In this document: one piece after another, positions 1-13,426 of the stretch
Layout: each line of letters starts with the position of its first letter
Numbering within the stretch: position 1 is the stretch's first letter
Assembly: GCA_051294375.1 (NCBI GenBank)
Contig: CM119263.1
Span: 15,230,532-15,294,531, forward strand
DNA: 64,000 nucleotides
Direction of reading: 5' to 3'
From: Paraspadella gotoi
Taxonomy: Eukaryota > Animalia > Chaetognatha
Position numbers and translations under genes: made by a program
Notes under the pieces: generated by a model
Databases searched by the model: none
The model's input: only the letters and a program-made list of their open reading frames with translations
Told to the model about the DNA's origin: nothing

Positions 1-64
1 TTCTTAACATTTCATTTTATATAGCGAGTAAATTTTTAGTGTAGTTTATACTAGTTTATACATA

Positions 65-597
65 CTATCTAGGAAAAAAGTATATCACATAATTAATTTA
101 TTCAATAAAAAGTTTACAAAATATGATAAAACATTTTCAATATTTGGTATACCATTCCTAGGCATCAGCTACTGCCTGTAATTATCTGGGTATGCTCTTA
201 TACAACAAATTGAGAACAGTGAAATATTTTTTAACATCTTTAACGCAATTCTTTTCAGCCCCAATGTTGATGTTGCGCATCTTTCCCTGTTTTTGGAGAG
301 CTATAATAATACTTTTTTGCAAAATAAAAAAATATTAAAAGAATAACTAACCCTATTCAAAATAAAAACAAATAACTAAATACCAAAAATGGTAGAAAAC
401 TAAATACAATTTTTTTTATTTTAAGTAACAATATTTTTTTGCCTGTAACTTCTAAACGATTTGACCTAAAAAAATAGAAGGAAGTTACTAATAGTAAATT
501 TAATGTAGATTTAGAAACATTCTGATTTTTTTTAAATCAAATAAGTTTTCGAGTAGATATCTTTTATTAAGAATGTGATATACTTTTTCCTAGATAG
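65..597. mobile_element. MITE-like non-autonomous DNA transposon (~530 bp)
   Basis: Terminal inverted repeats CTATCTAGGAAAAAAGTATATCACAT (65-90) and ATGTGATATACTTTTTCCTAGATAG (573-597, one T fewer). TA on both flanks (63-64, 598-599), as for Tc1/mariner-type TSDs. AT-rich non-coding interior. Confidence 0.75.
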
Positions 598-1650
598 TAG
601 TTTAAACGTTACGTAACCGTCGATCGATAAAACACAACTTTCCTACTACAAAAATGCGAGAGAAAAAAAATTTAGTCGCGCGCAAATCACACGCAAATTA
701 CACACGTTACAAGAGGAAGGCTGCTTTGTTTCTACGTCGTCAGCGGCGCGTGCCGAGCCGCGCGTTTATTGACATAACCAAGGATGCATTTATTGGAGCG
801 TAGAAAAAAAAAAAAGGCGAGCGAAGAGAAACAAGAAATACTTCGTCGTCTTCGTCTCTTGGCGAAAGGGCGAATTTGGACTCTGTTTCCCGAAATGTCG
901 CGAGGAATCTTGTTCGGTTTTGGCGTCCGCAACATTATTCTTTTGCTCTTTAACGCCACGGGCGACCGTTAACTCTCCCACGCTCTTTTGATTAATCTTT
1001 AGTAGCTACTTTCCTAATATGTTTATATCTATTTATATATATACTCCCACGGTCTTTCGGTTCGTTCAACGCTGAAGTTCTTGGCATTCTCTATCGCGAC
1101 GTTACCAACTGTCACGAGGCTGTGACGTTTTCTGCCCGACGCGACCCGCCGGCGGATTTCTAGTGTTTTGCTTTAGTTTTTTTTTTTCGATTGGATACGT
1201 TCACTATTTTTACAGGAACTTCAATCTGAAGTGATACGAAAAGACTTGATTAAAATCCTAATTCTTTCAGTGTATTTTATTTTTATAACATTTATTAGTT
1301 AAAAAAACTACTTGACGTTTATTTTGACCTAAAAAAAATATTTCAATTACCAATTAGTAAATTCACAGTGGCTCTTATGCGCGGAGTCACTTTTTTTCAT
1401 TTTTTTCTTTAAAATTTTAACCGTTAATTTTTAATTTAATTTTTAACGTGAAGTTATAATAATTCCATTTCGTAGTACTCCTTGTTTTTTTCTGGCAGTT
1501 TTTTTTCTCGCATATTTATGTACAGAAAATCCATTTAAAACATTCGCTTTTACAAATTCGCGATTACGTTCGTATATTACCTAACAACTCCATTCGCATC
1601 TCATCATTTTAATAAGAGTCACAAACCAATTTCAGCATCCGAAAAACGTC

Positions 1651-2493
1651 NNNNNNNNNNNNNNNNNNNNNNNNNNNNNNNNNNNNNNNNNNNNNNNNNN
1701 NNNNNNNNNNNNNNNNNNNNNNNNNNNNNNNNNNNNNNNNNNNNNNNNNNNNNNNNNNNNNNNNNNNNNNNNNNNNNNNNNNNNNNNNNNNNNNNNNNNN
1801 NNNNNNNNNNNNNNNNNNNNNNNNNNNNNNNNNNNNNNNNNNNNNNNNNNNNNNNNNNNNNNNNNNNNNNNNNNNNNNNNNNNNNNNNNNNNNNNNNNNN
1901 NNNNNNNNNNNNNNNNNNNNNNNNNNNNNNNNNNNNNNNNNNNNNNNNNNNNNNNNNNNNNNNNNNNNNNNNNNNNNNNNNNNNNNNNNNNNNNNNNNNN
2001 NNNNNNNNNNNNNNNNNNNNNNNNNNNNNNNNNNNNNNNNNNNNNNNNNNNNNNNNNNNNNNNNNNNNNNNNNNNNNNNNNNNNNNNNNNNNNNNNNNNN
2101 NNNNNNNNNNNNNNNNNNNNNNNNNNNNNNNNNNNNNNNNNNNNNNNNNNNNNNNNNNNNNNNNNNNNNNNNNNNNNNNNNNNNNNNNNNNNNNNNNNNN
2201 NNNNNNNNNNNNNNNNNNNNNNNNNNNNNNNNNNNNNNNNNNNNNNNNNNNNNNNNNNNNNNNNNNNNNNNNNNNNNNNNNNNNNNNNNNNNNNNNNNNN
2301 NNNNNNNNNNNNNNNNNNNNNNNNNNNNNNNNNNNNNNNNNNNNNNNNNNNNNNNNNNNNNNNNNNNNNNNNNNNNNNNNNNNNNNNNNNNNNNNNNNNN
2401 NNNNNNNNNNNNNNNNNNNNNNNNNNNNNNNNNNNNNNNNNNNNNNNNNNNNNNNNNNNNNNNNNNNNNNNNNNNNNNNNNNNNNNNNNNNNN
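1651..2493. other. assembly gap (N run)
   Basis: Run of N. Confidence 0.99.
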
Positions 2494-3907
2494 GGGGGGG
2501 TGGGCGAGGAGCGAGAGATAGCTGATTTTTTATGTAAACTCGCTTTTCAGTAAGAGCGCGTAATTACGTGAAATAAATTACCTCGGCCACCACCAGTTTT
2601 GCTCAAACGATGAGTATTGAGCAAGAAAAATTGCACTAATGGCACTAAAAATAAAATTCAAACAATTAAGGATCATTGCGGACATTGCAAATTGGAAAAG
2701 TATTATTAGTATTAGTATTAATTAGTATTCTTATTGTCTTAATTGTCAAATTGTCTTTTTTATTTCAGAAAAAAAAGTTTTGCTCAAACGAAAAAAATTG
2801 GCAAAAGAACTTTTTTCCCCTTGAAATTAATTTGTAGTAAGAATTGCAAAATTATGCGTCTAAATTATGGCGAAATTGGAAGGTGAATAGTTTTCGTTCT
2901 AATCAATATTTTTACAATTGCCCACTACGTGCACTCTCTCTTTATGACTTTGCTCACTTTTTGACTTTGTAGGTTTTCACCTTTTAATTTTTTTCGTCGT
3001 TTTAGTCAACCCATAATCTTGGATCTCATTCGCTTCGTCATCGTCCGCTTTCTCGTAATCTTTGTCCACCGTCTGTCGTTGTCTTCTTTTTCATTATAGT
3101 CTTCATTCCCAATTGTTATCTTTCTTTTCCTCGGTTCTCTTTGTCGTCGTTTTCTTTGACTTCGTCTTTCTCATCGCCGTCAAACCCGTCGTCCCTGTGG
3201 CCTCGAGCGTGAAGATTGTGATAATCTGATCCAAGGCGAGTTTCCAGGAATAAACTCGTGGCGCCGCCCGTTGGCGCCGGCCACGCCCACCAACGCCGGC
3301 CACGCCCACAGACGCCCATCAACGCCTCTTCCGGTATTTTTGGGGGCGACAAACAGAAATAAAAATAGAGAATGGAAAAAAAAAAAGACGGTCGAAGAAA
3401 ACTTGGCGAAAATTTCATTTTTTAGATTTTTTTTTGGTTCGTGTTGCACTTTTGTTTAGCTCTCATGATTCTTCTGCAGCACTTTTAGCCAAAAAGTGCT
3501 GCGGAACCACATCATGCCACCCGTCTCTGTTTTCAATTGCGCCAAATGTCTCCGTTGCTCGGCGACGTTATCCTCGGTTATCGACGTCATTTTCCGAATA
3601 TCACGGAATCTTATTTCTCTGTTCCGACTTACGTCTTTTTTCCCCCCAACGTTTTTTATTTGTTCTTTTTTTGTCTCCTTCTTTCTCCTTCCTTTTCTGT
3701 TTCCTTCTTTTTCCATCTCCTTCCATCTATTACCGTCGCTTTCCCTCTCTAAGCGGAACTCTTTCGGCGGCGGCCACCCAATTTCGGACGAGACCATCAT
3801 TTTCCTTCAGTTAAGATTGAACCATCAGTATCCATTCGTTACCCTGTTGTCTTTCGCCCGTTCTGTCACTTTTTCCCTCTCCTTCCCTCCCGCTCTCTTC
3901 CTTCCCC

Positions 3908-3951
<44 letters not shown>

Positions 3952-4709
3952 AACAATGACCGAAAGAATCCTTCTCTTCCCGCCAATTTTCCCGACCCCA
4001 TAATTATCCCCTTCTCACTTTCTTTCCCCGGACAGCGAGATTTCTTTCTTCTTTTCCTCCTCCTATATTTCTCTATTTTCTCCCTTCTGCTTCTTCTTCT
4101 TCTCGCTTCTTCTTCTTCTTCTCTCTCCTTCTTCTTCTTCTTTCTTCTTCTCTTCTCTTCTTCTTCTCTTCTTCTCTTGCTTCTTGCTTGCTTTCTTCTC
4201 CTTCTTCTTCCTCCTTCGCATTTGTTTTCAACCTTCCATTGCCTTTTGTTCGAGTAAAATTAAGAATAAAATTTTAAATTTCCAGATGAAATAAAATTAA
4301 AAAGAAACGTTTCGATCGTTTTTCTTTTACTTACACTTCGATGACTTCGGTCTTCGTCAAATTAAATCATTACAACAGAAACATTTTTTTTTCTTTTTTT
4401 CTTTTTTCTTGTTCTATAATTATTTCTTTCTTCCTCCCTCTTAACTCCTTCGCTCTCATCCTCATCTCTCTCCTTCTTCCTCCGCAGTCTTTCCCCAACA
4501 TTTTTTTTTTTCGGTCAAAATTTTTATTTTTCGTTTGAACCCCGAACCTAAACTGTCGAGCTCTCGTTTGTCGGGCGCTGGTTTTCCGGTCGAAGCAAAT
4601 ATTCAATATCGACCAAGAGAATTCAGATAGATTTGCTGACAATCACTGCTATGTAGCGAGGGCCTTTACAGTCACTTGCCGCTGACATGTATTTAGAGTA
4701 TTTTGTCTT

Positions 4710-4754
4710 ACTTCTGATTTACTTCTGATTTACTTCTGATTTACTTCTGATTTA
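4710..4754 (+). repeat. 11-bp tandem repeat (ACTTCTGATTT)x4
   Basis: Directly visible, followed by a degenerate copy. Confidence 0.9.
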
Positions 4755-5887
4755 CTTACTTTTGATTTAAACGGGAAACCCATGCATACATTACGCGTAC
4801 TCATTAACTTTTTCTGCCAAAAATTTATCCTATAATTTCCGGTCTGGCTACAACGATAACAAAAAAAAACCCCAAACCCCAAACCCAAAACCTCTGACTT
4901 AAAGCTTCGAGGGTCGAACGAGAAAATCCTCGGAAAAAAAGAAGAGAAAAAAAAGAGGAAGAAGAGCAGACGGAGGAAGAGGAGGATGAAGAGGATGAGA
5001 AGAAACAGAAGACGAAGTATTTTTGGATTTCCTTCGATCCTTTGATGAGGAATTTTCTTTTTAGGGAAAAGAAAGAGAAGGTGAAAGTGGAGATTTAGAA
5101 GAGGGAAAGAGGAGGGTGTGGAGAAGGTTAAGGGACGGAGAGGATGGGAAAGAAAAGGAAGGGAGGAAGAAGAAGAAATAAAAGAAAGGAAAGAAAAAAG
5201 AAAAGAAAAGAAAGGGGTAGGAAATTAGGGACCACGTAGCAAACGGGGCTGTTGAAGAAAAAAGGAGAGAATCAGCGGAGGAAAGGAAAGAAGAAGAGAG
5301 GAATAAGTGGATAGGATTTCCCCGGGTCTCAGACTTGAAGGCGCAAACTGCTGTCGAGGTCGACCGCTCAGGCCAAACCTGGTCCTGGGAGCGGAGGAGA
5401 GAGGATGATAGGGTAAACGCAGCGAATGAGATCGGCAGGCAGGTAGAGGGTGAAATTTATCAGCAAGTGGGGGCAGGTATGAGAGGAAACTGTTTTAGTG
5501 ATGAAAAGAGATTCCCACCGAGTTAGGAAAATTAAAAGGGAGTTGTCATTTTGGGAAGTGGATAAAAGAAGAAAGTATTGCAAAGTCGATTACAAAGAAA
5601 GTGAATTGGATCTGATGGTGCCACTTGCAACACCATAATTGCCGCGCAAGAATTGGCTTGGAGGGGAGACTCTACAAACAGGGCAACTCAGCCTGGGTGA
5701 AGTGCCAAGCCTTCGAGGCGCCGCCGCGGGGAATAAACCGAAAGGGAGAAACGGCGCTTCGAAGGGGGGCGTGGCTCGAGGGCGCGCGGCGAAGACCCAG
5801 GGGAATGCCCTCCGGAGGGAATGGCGCCAATTAGCTTCGATTAGCAACGGTTTCGGTTTAAATAAAATTGAGGTGATTAGGAGAGGA

Positions 5888-5968
5888 GATGACGACAACG
5901 ACGAGGACAACGACGACGACGACGAGGACAACGACGACGAGGACAACGACGACGACGAGGACAACGAC
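5888..5968 (+). repeat. compound trinucleotide repeat (GAC/GAG/AAC)
   Basis: GACGACAACGACGAGGACAAC units; source of the poly-D/T/S ORFs in the track. Confidence 0.85.
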
Positions 5969-6569
5969 CAAGAAAGGCCGCGTGTCTTCGACAAATTCGA
6001 ATTCAGGGGGCGTGATCGTGAGAAAAGAAGGCGACCAAAATAACCCGAACAGAGACGAGGAACGGTTTCCCCTTCGCCTGTCTCTCCCAACCCGATCGAC
6101 ACCTAAGAAACAACAGCCGGCTTACCGCGCCCACCTTTCCTGACAACTCACCACCGCCCTCTTTCGTCGTTCTCAAAATCTTTTCCCGCGGTTTAGCAAG
6201 TCGCCATCCTCTTTCCATCATAGATCTAAATCCCAATAGAAACGTGGGTCTCCCTATCTCACCCTTTCGACCTTCGTTCCCTCCCCTCGGCCCCCCTTGC
6301 CCCTTAATTCCTTCTCCCCCCCCCAAACCTCCCCCTCCCCTATCTTCGCGAGGAGGCAAAGACTCCGCGTGAATAATTCAGTCGGCGAAGGGGATTGAAG
6401 TCGCCAAACGGAGAGATAATGATACGCGTTTCTCGGTCGGCCCTTCGCTTCGCCCGACGCGATCCTTCTTTCTTTTTTTCTTTCTTTTTAATTTTGATTT
6501 TGATGGCGCGAAACCAGAAATAGCGAGATTGATGGATGGATGGATGGAGAATCTAGATAGATGGATAAT

Positions 6570-6643
<74 letters not shown>
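6570..6643 (+). repeat. (TAGA)n tetranucleotide microsatellite
   Basis: Perfect TAGA run. Confidence 0.95.
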
Positions 6644-9600
6644 TATTTTAAATAACTAAACGCACGACAATATAGAGAAAAATATTTTAATATTTATCAG
6701 AAAAAAATAACCTTTAAAACTTTTCAATTAATTTACCGGGGAAGCCTCCTTTCTATCTCTCAACCGCCCTTTTTTTAAATTTCCCTTTTTTTTTGCCATC
6801 TTCTTCCTGTTCTTAATTTTCTCTTTTTCGTCACAGGATTCTCGAAAGCACATGCGTGACACGAACGTGTTTCGCACACACGTATCAGAAATGGTTTTTG
6901 CACGACTGAACGTGCGTGGCGAAATTCTAGAATAAGAAAGACCTAGACTAATACTAATAAATTCCCAGCGATTCAAGGACCGTCTCAGTTCGCCCCCTTT
7001 CCCCGTCTCAAACACTGTCCCAGACATTGTCTCTCGCTCTCTCTTAACTTCGTGTTTCCAATATTTCTCACCATCTGTCGATTCATCTGCCGCTTGTTCT
7101 CTGCCTCGTACTTTCCTTCTTTCTCTCCCGCTCTGCATTTCCCTTTCTTTCTCTATATTCCTTATCTTTTTTTTCCAACGCCGCATTTCTTGCGCTTTTT
7201 TTTTCAGTCTTTCCACGTTAAATATTCTTTTCCCTTCCTTAGTTCCCTCCTTTTTTTCTCCCTGTCCTTTCTTTTTATTTCCTTCTTTTATTTATTCGTT
7301 CGCTCTTCTCACGTTATTTCCCATCGTTTTGCCTTAAGGTTTTCGCGCCTCGAAATTAAGCCGCAATCCAATCCCCTTTCACGTTTATTACTTCCCTTTT
7401 TTTTTACTTTTTTACTTTCTTTACACTTTCTTTCCATTTCCGTCAGTTGAGCCAGTCATAATTTCTTTTTATCGCATGTTACTCTCTCCTCTCTCTTTCT
7501 CTTTCTCCTTCTCTCTCGCTCTAAAAATAATTTCTCTCTCTCTCTCTCTCTCTCATTCCTCTCTCGGTCGTCTCTCTCTCTCTCTCTCTCTCTTCGTCAT
7601 CGTTCTCTCTCACACACACACAGACACACACACCCGCACACACATAAACTCTAGCTCGACCTCACCTTGCCTAATAACGACCCCGGCGGTTTTCCTACGC
7701 ACATCAGCCCTCCTCCGTTCAGGGTAAAGGCATTGCCCTCAGACCAAGAACCCACCAAATTGGGGCATCGTATATCCACCACAAGATGAGGCTCCACCAA
7801 AGCCCTCACCCCTATCACTCTGAGGAAATTTTTCTAAACCGAGCCTACCCTATATTTTTACCGTGATGAGTCGTGGAAAAACTTTCTTGGCCTCGACACC
7901 AACAAACGCATTCTGAATTGTGACATCTTCATCCCTCATTTAAAATTTTTACATTCAAACTGACCACAGCAAAGCTTTTTTTCTCCATTCTTTTCTTTTT
8001 TGACTCCATACACCCTTTGCTTCTTTCCCCTTCTCTTTTCCCCCTATCTTTTTTCCTTATTTCCTTCTTTCCTTCTTTCTTTCTTTCCTTCTTTCCTTCT
8101 TTCCTTCTTTCCCTCTTTCCTTTCCTTTCACCCCTTGACTTCTTTCCCTATTTCTCTCCGCCCACGCCCGTCCTCTAGAATCCGACTCGAAGAAACAACC
8201 CGACGTGATCGCACTCGGAGTAACGCTGACCTTTTTTTCCTTTTCTGTAAACATCCCACGTTCGGAGCGGATAAATATAGAACGACAATAAAGTCCTGCA
8301 ACTATTAAAAAAAAATTCGAAAACAAATTTTTGGAGTAGAGTTACAATTTGAACAAAATTCATTGTCAAATAGTAAAGTCTCTCATTCGTTTGTGTCAAC
8401 TGATTGTCGTCTTGTACTATTTAGGACAACAACAAAACGCATCTTCTTGAGCCCTTTTGTCATTGCTTGACGACGATTTACGCGCAAAGTTTCGTGAATA
8501 ATCGCTGTTCAACTGATTATCCAGTGATTCTCTTCTTCTTGATTTAATAATTACAAAATTTATCGATTTTCTTTTCCCAAAGATTGATATGGATGTCCGA
8601 TTTATTCATAATTATGTATATTACGCCATTCAGTCCATTGAAATATTATATTCACTTTTGCATTTCTGTGAGCCGATCGACTCCAGTCACCGCATAATGA
8701 CCGTAATCTTGTGATTAGTTTACAATGAGCATTCGTACTTTCCTTTTGTGGTTCAAAAAAGTTTCCTGACAACAAAGAGACTCAGTTCAATTACTTCGAA
8801 ATCTTCTTAGAAAGATTCGACTATGGATTTGCCCACAATTATCTGATTGATGATTGATTTTTTTAGCCACAGAATTCTTGCGCTGTGGTTTAGACTCGTT
8901 TTGGAAAGATCTCGTGCCAAGCAGAAGGAGATTAGACGCCACAAAGACGTTCGAGGGAGGAAGAGGAGAAGGAGAGGAGAAAAATAAAAGAGGGAGAATG
9001 TGAAAGGGAGGAAACAGAAAAAAAAAGCGACGATGATCAAAACAAAAGAGACTTAAGAATCGGAGGAAAAGAATGACAAGACGAATGAAAACTTAAAAAA
9101 AAAATATTAAAAACAAAAGAAAAAACTTTGAAAGAGATAAATAAACTATTAAGTAGAAACGAAAGAAGAGATAAAAAACGCGAAAGGGAGAAAAAAAAAT
9201 CGGAGGAAATAAAAAGTGGAAAAAAAAGCAGAAGAAGAGATAATCACTTACTATGCAAATCACCGACCAACACACGAAAAAATGGGTTGGAAGGGTGAGA
9301 AAGGTGGGGGTGGCGCGGGGTGGTCGAGGGGGGAAAGAGGCTTTGAGTGGTTTGGATTCGAAGGGGAAAAAACGATGTAAGGAGAAGAAGAAGAAGGTGA
9401 AGAAGGAGAAGGAGAAAGAGAAGAAGAAGAAGGTGAAGAAAGAGAAGAAGGAAGAAAGAGAAAGAAGAAGAAGAAGAAGAAGAAGAAGAATCGAGAAGAA
9501 CGTTGACTAAAGGGAAAACCCGACCTTGTGAAGATGAGATGATGATGATGATGATGATGGCGATTATGGTCATGAAAATGACGATACTGGTTATGATGAA

Positions 9601-9883
9601 AACTACGATAATGATGATGGGAATGAAATTGTGCCAACGACGACGACGAAAATAATGACGATGACGATGACGACGATGTTGACGAGAAAAAGTTAAACTA
9701 GTTTTAGACGACTGCTCGAACGGATTTAATGGGTGGGCAACGGCGAAAGGTGAGAAGAAAAACTGCCGCGGAAATGGGTAACAGGCGCAGGGAAAGAAAG
9801 GCGGAGAAAAGAAAAAAGAAAGCGGTAAAAAAAAAGGAAATGGGAAATGCAAGGGAATAAAAGAAATTGAAAGGACAGGAGAG

Positions 9884-9960
9884 GAAAGGAAAGGAAAGGA
9901 AAGGAAAGGAAAGGAAAGGAAAGGAAAGGAAAGGAAGGGACTGGAAAGGACTGGAAAGGA
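9884..9960 (+). repeat. (GGAAA)n pentanucleotide repeat within a ~1.4 kb purine-rich tract
   Basis: Directly visible. Confidence 0.9.
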
Positions 9961-11557
9961 AATGAAAAGAAAAGGAATGATAGGGGATGAAATGAAAGGA
10001 TTCAATTTAATGAAAAAAATTGTAAAAAGAAAATAGAGGAAAAGAAAGTTAAGAAGGTTGAAAGGAAGGAGAAGTTGAAAGAAAAGAAAAGGAAGAAGAA
10101 AAGAAAAACCAGAGTCAAAATATAAAGGGGGAAAAAAAAGAAAGGTAACAGGAGAAAAAAAAATCGTAGGTTAAAGAGAAGGAATTTGCGAGGACGATGG
10201 CGAAGTTGTGTAGCGTTGATGTTAAATGAGAGGAAAAAGGAGAAAAAAGGAGGAAAAAGGAGGTGGGTTTATGAGCGGCATAACGAAAGGAAAAGGGAAT
10301 ATGAATGGTCAGAGGAGAAAAAAAAATTACGATTAAACAGAAAAAGGAAAGGGAGGGGGAAATTTGTAAATTAAACGTGAGAAGCATTTTTGTCGAGCAA
10401 CGAGATATTTGTAAAAAAAATTTTTATCTTGCCGGGGGAGCGGGAAATTTGCCAGAACGAGACGCAAAACAGATTGTTATTGTTGTTGTCCTATTTCTAC
10501 TTACTCTGAGCAAAAGAATCAAGATTTCATTCAGATACTGTTTGTTATCATACTGAACTGACTGAGCCACTCAGCTCGCCATCATGTTCTCCACACCCCT
10601 TGGTTAAGAATCGAAAGGGCGCCACTCCGACCACTCCGTTACGTCTCCATCGCATCATCCACGGAGGCTTTGCCCGCAGACGGATCGTAATAAAAATAGG
10701 GATGAAAAAAAAAAGGAAAGAAAGGAAGAGGCGGGCGAGAGCTCGGTGTAATGTGTGGTTAATCCTCTGCCAGACATTGTACCAGTTGGAGAAAAACGCC
10801 ACTTATGAATATGCAGCCTTCGCGAATCGCCCGAACGGGCTACGCCCCGATTGGTCGTCGTTGTTGTTGCCGTTGTTTTTGTTATCAAGCGCTGGGAAGC
10901 GTCTGCAATCTGCATTTGCGGCCGAGAATATATGTATTTTGTCAAGACAAGGAGGCTTCTCGTCAAGAGGAAGAGCATTGTTGCTTTGTGAACGTACTTC
11001 GTGTCAGCTGCTATAGTATTTAATGTAAGTATGAGTTTTCAAACTAGAGGCCAATAAAAGTGTATTTAAACCAAAAAAATGAAAAATGTCCAAAAAAACT
11101 AATAAAACTTGTCAAAGGATTAGTACTTGCAAATGCATTTTTTGTAACAAAAGTTTAAAAATATAACTGGGAACGCTAATGTCTCGAAAACTTGGGAACG
11201 CTTCAACGTTAATATTTCATAACCGCCCGAACAATCATGACGCGCTTCTCCTTGTTTATTTAACTAAAGACGACTTTTAAATTATTCCCGACTCATCAAT
11301 TCTAAATGAGAAAAAATTTCAGTCTCATCCTCGCTCCGCGATTCCAATCTCATTTCCGGATCCATTTTGTTCCCTGTTTCACTTTCATCATCGGTTCCAT
11401 TCTCGTCTCTTTTCTCTTCTCGGTTCCATTACATTTACATTGACTCGATTTACTTCGTACGACGGAGTTTCCTCCCTTTTCTAATTTTCCTCAAGCTCTC
11501 TCACTCTGCTGCCACACAAAATTATTTTTCTTCCCAGACTTTTGTCATCAAGACTTT

Positions 11558-11560
<3 letters not shown>

Positions 11561-11618
<58 letters not shown>
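11561..11618 (+). repeat. (TC)n microsatellite
   Basis: Perfect run. Other (TC)n tracts lie near 3913-3950, 7535-7610, 18755-18805, 21917-21977, 24124-24190 and 25686-25770. Confidence 0.95.
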
Positions 11619-11620
<2 letters not shown>

Positions 11621-13333
11621 GGCTCCCGCTCCAATTGCCGCCCACGCGGCCACTTCCGGTCTGCCTTAACTCGCGCCCTCTCGCGCGAACGCCAGCCTCA
11701 TAAAAGCCGCCACTTAGGCCGCCATGTCCCCACAACCCCGCCGACGCGCCAACATTATCCTGACGCCCTATCACCAACACCCCCTTCTGCTCCGCTGGAG
11801 TCAACTCTCGGCGATGGTCTATTTCCGTCGCAGGCGTTAAGTGGGTTGTTCCGATGTTTGCCGTCGCCGTCGCCTTCGTCGTTTGGCGAGGGAAAATTCG
11901 CGCCACCGGGCGGACAGAAACCGGCGTCGCCGGACGAAGACTTTCGCTGCCAGCATCAGAGTTTGAGGACGTCGTCGCCGACAACCGCGACTTCAACCAA
12001 ATACGACGGGTTTCACATGATCGCCATGTACTTCAATAGTACTCGTCTCAATCAATCACCTTTGAGTCAATATAGTCTTTTATTATTTAACCAAATTTCG
12101 CCTTCTCTCATCACTTCCTCCTTTCTGAAATCTTTCCACCTTCGCAATCACCCTCACCTCCTGGAAAGCCCCTGACATTATCACTCCCGCGCCGTCGTCA
12201 TTCCACCCCACCACCCCGATCCCGCCGCTACTTTCGCTCGATTTCATCGGTCATTTTCGAATCGAAGGAAAAGGAGCGAAAGAAGTGAGAAACGAGCGAC
12301 CGAGAAATAATTTTCCGACTTCTTTTGGCGCCTCGAGTGGCGAGAGGCCAACGGGGAAAAGAGGGTCCGCCGGTCACCCGGCTCGGGTCAAGCGATTCCG
12401 GCAACCCGGGGTCAGCGTCACCTCACCTCACCTTTTTAACTCAAACGCAGAGACACACGTAGAGACAACTCACACATAAAGAGAGGAACAACATGCGACT
12501 AATCTAAAGTTTCGTGACTTACCTTAATTGTCGATTGTGGCATTAGATGATTGGAAAAAAATGGGAATTTGGGGGGGAAAAATGAAAAAGTATAATTAGA
12601 TGAATCAATAACTAATTGAATAATAACAAACAACGCTTCATTTTATTCCTTCCATCCATCCTTTTCTACCAGTCGGTCTTCTGTCATTCCTCTTTCGCCC
12701 ACGTCCACCACTAATACCCATACCCACTCACGCAGTAATCTTTCCCCGGTCCCCATGAATTATTCACTGGTTCTGTTGGAATCGATTCTCGGTTCACAGT
12801 CGCTCTTACCTTTTCACGAGTGTAACAAATTCTCTCTCGTCGCTTTCCTCGTCTCTTATCTCAACGCGCCGATGGGGGTCTACCGGTCTACCCGGTCTAC
12901 CGGTCTCCCGCTCGCCGCGCAACCACGGATTCTCGACTGACAACTTTCTCCTCACAACCCCAAATATATGCTCACTTGCTCGGGCATTATGGGAGGGTAT
13001 CAGGCGGTGGAGAATAAGTTTTATGACGTTACAATGAGTGTGAAACCAATTAGCCATACGGTAGGTATAATAACGTTTGTTTTTTTTTACAAAAATCGAA
13101 CGGTTTTTTTTCCGTTTAGGTCGAAGAGTTTTTTTGGTTTTTAAAATTTTCATCATTTTCCTTCCCTCCGTCCCTCCGTCCGTTTATCTGTCGGTTCGTA
13201 TTTCCCTCCCTGGGCGCCAACCGTATGTGATCACTGAGGCGTATTGCGTTCGAGGCAAGTTTTTTTTTTTTCATCGAGGTTCACGTTAGGGGAGGAGAAT
13301 TTTGGCGTTTTTGACAGGCAGTGGGAGGAAAAG

Positions 13334-13337
<4 letters not shown>

Positions 13338-13422
<85 letters not shown>
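13338..13422 (+). repeat. (GA)n microsatellite
   Basis: Perfect run. Other (GA)n tracts lie near 17437-17529, 18098-18200, 18900-19010, 19643-19721, 27352-27438, 29680-29760, 29922-30006, 30840-30913, 33510-33598, 36060-36095, 38288-38353 and 41920-42003. Confidence 0.95.

Positions 13423-13426
<4 letters not shown>

Noticed and set aside
11481-12175. Overlapping GC-rich ORFs on both strands
   Set aside because: No recognisable motif or flanking splice pair; more likely a CpG-rich non-coding patch, though an exon cannot be excluded.
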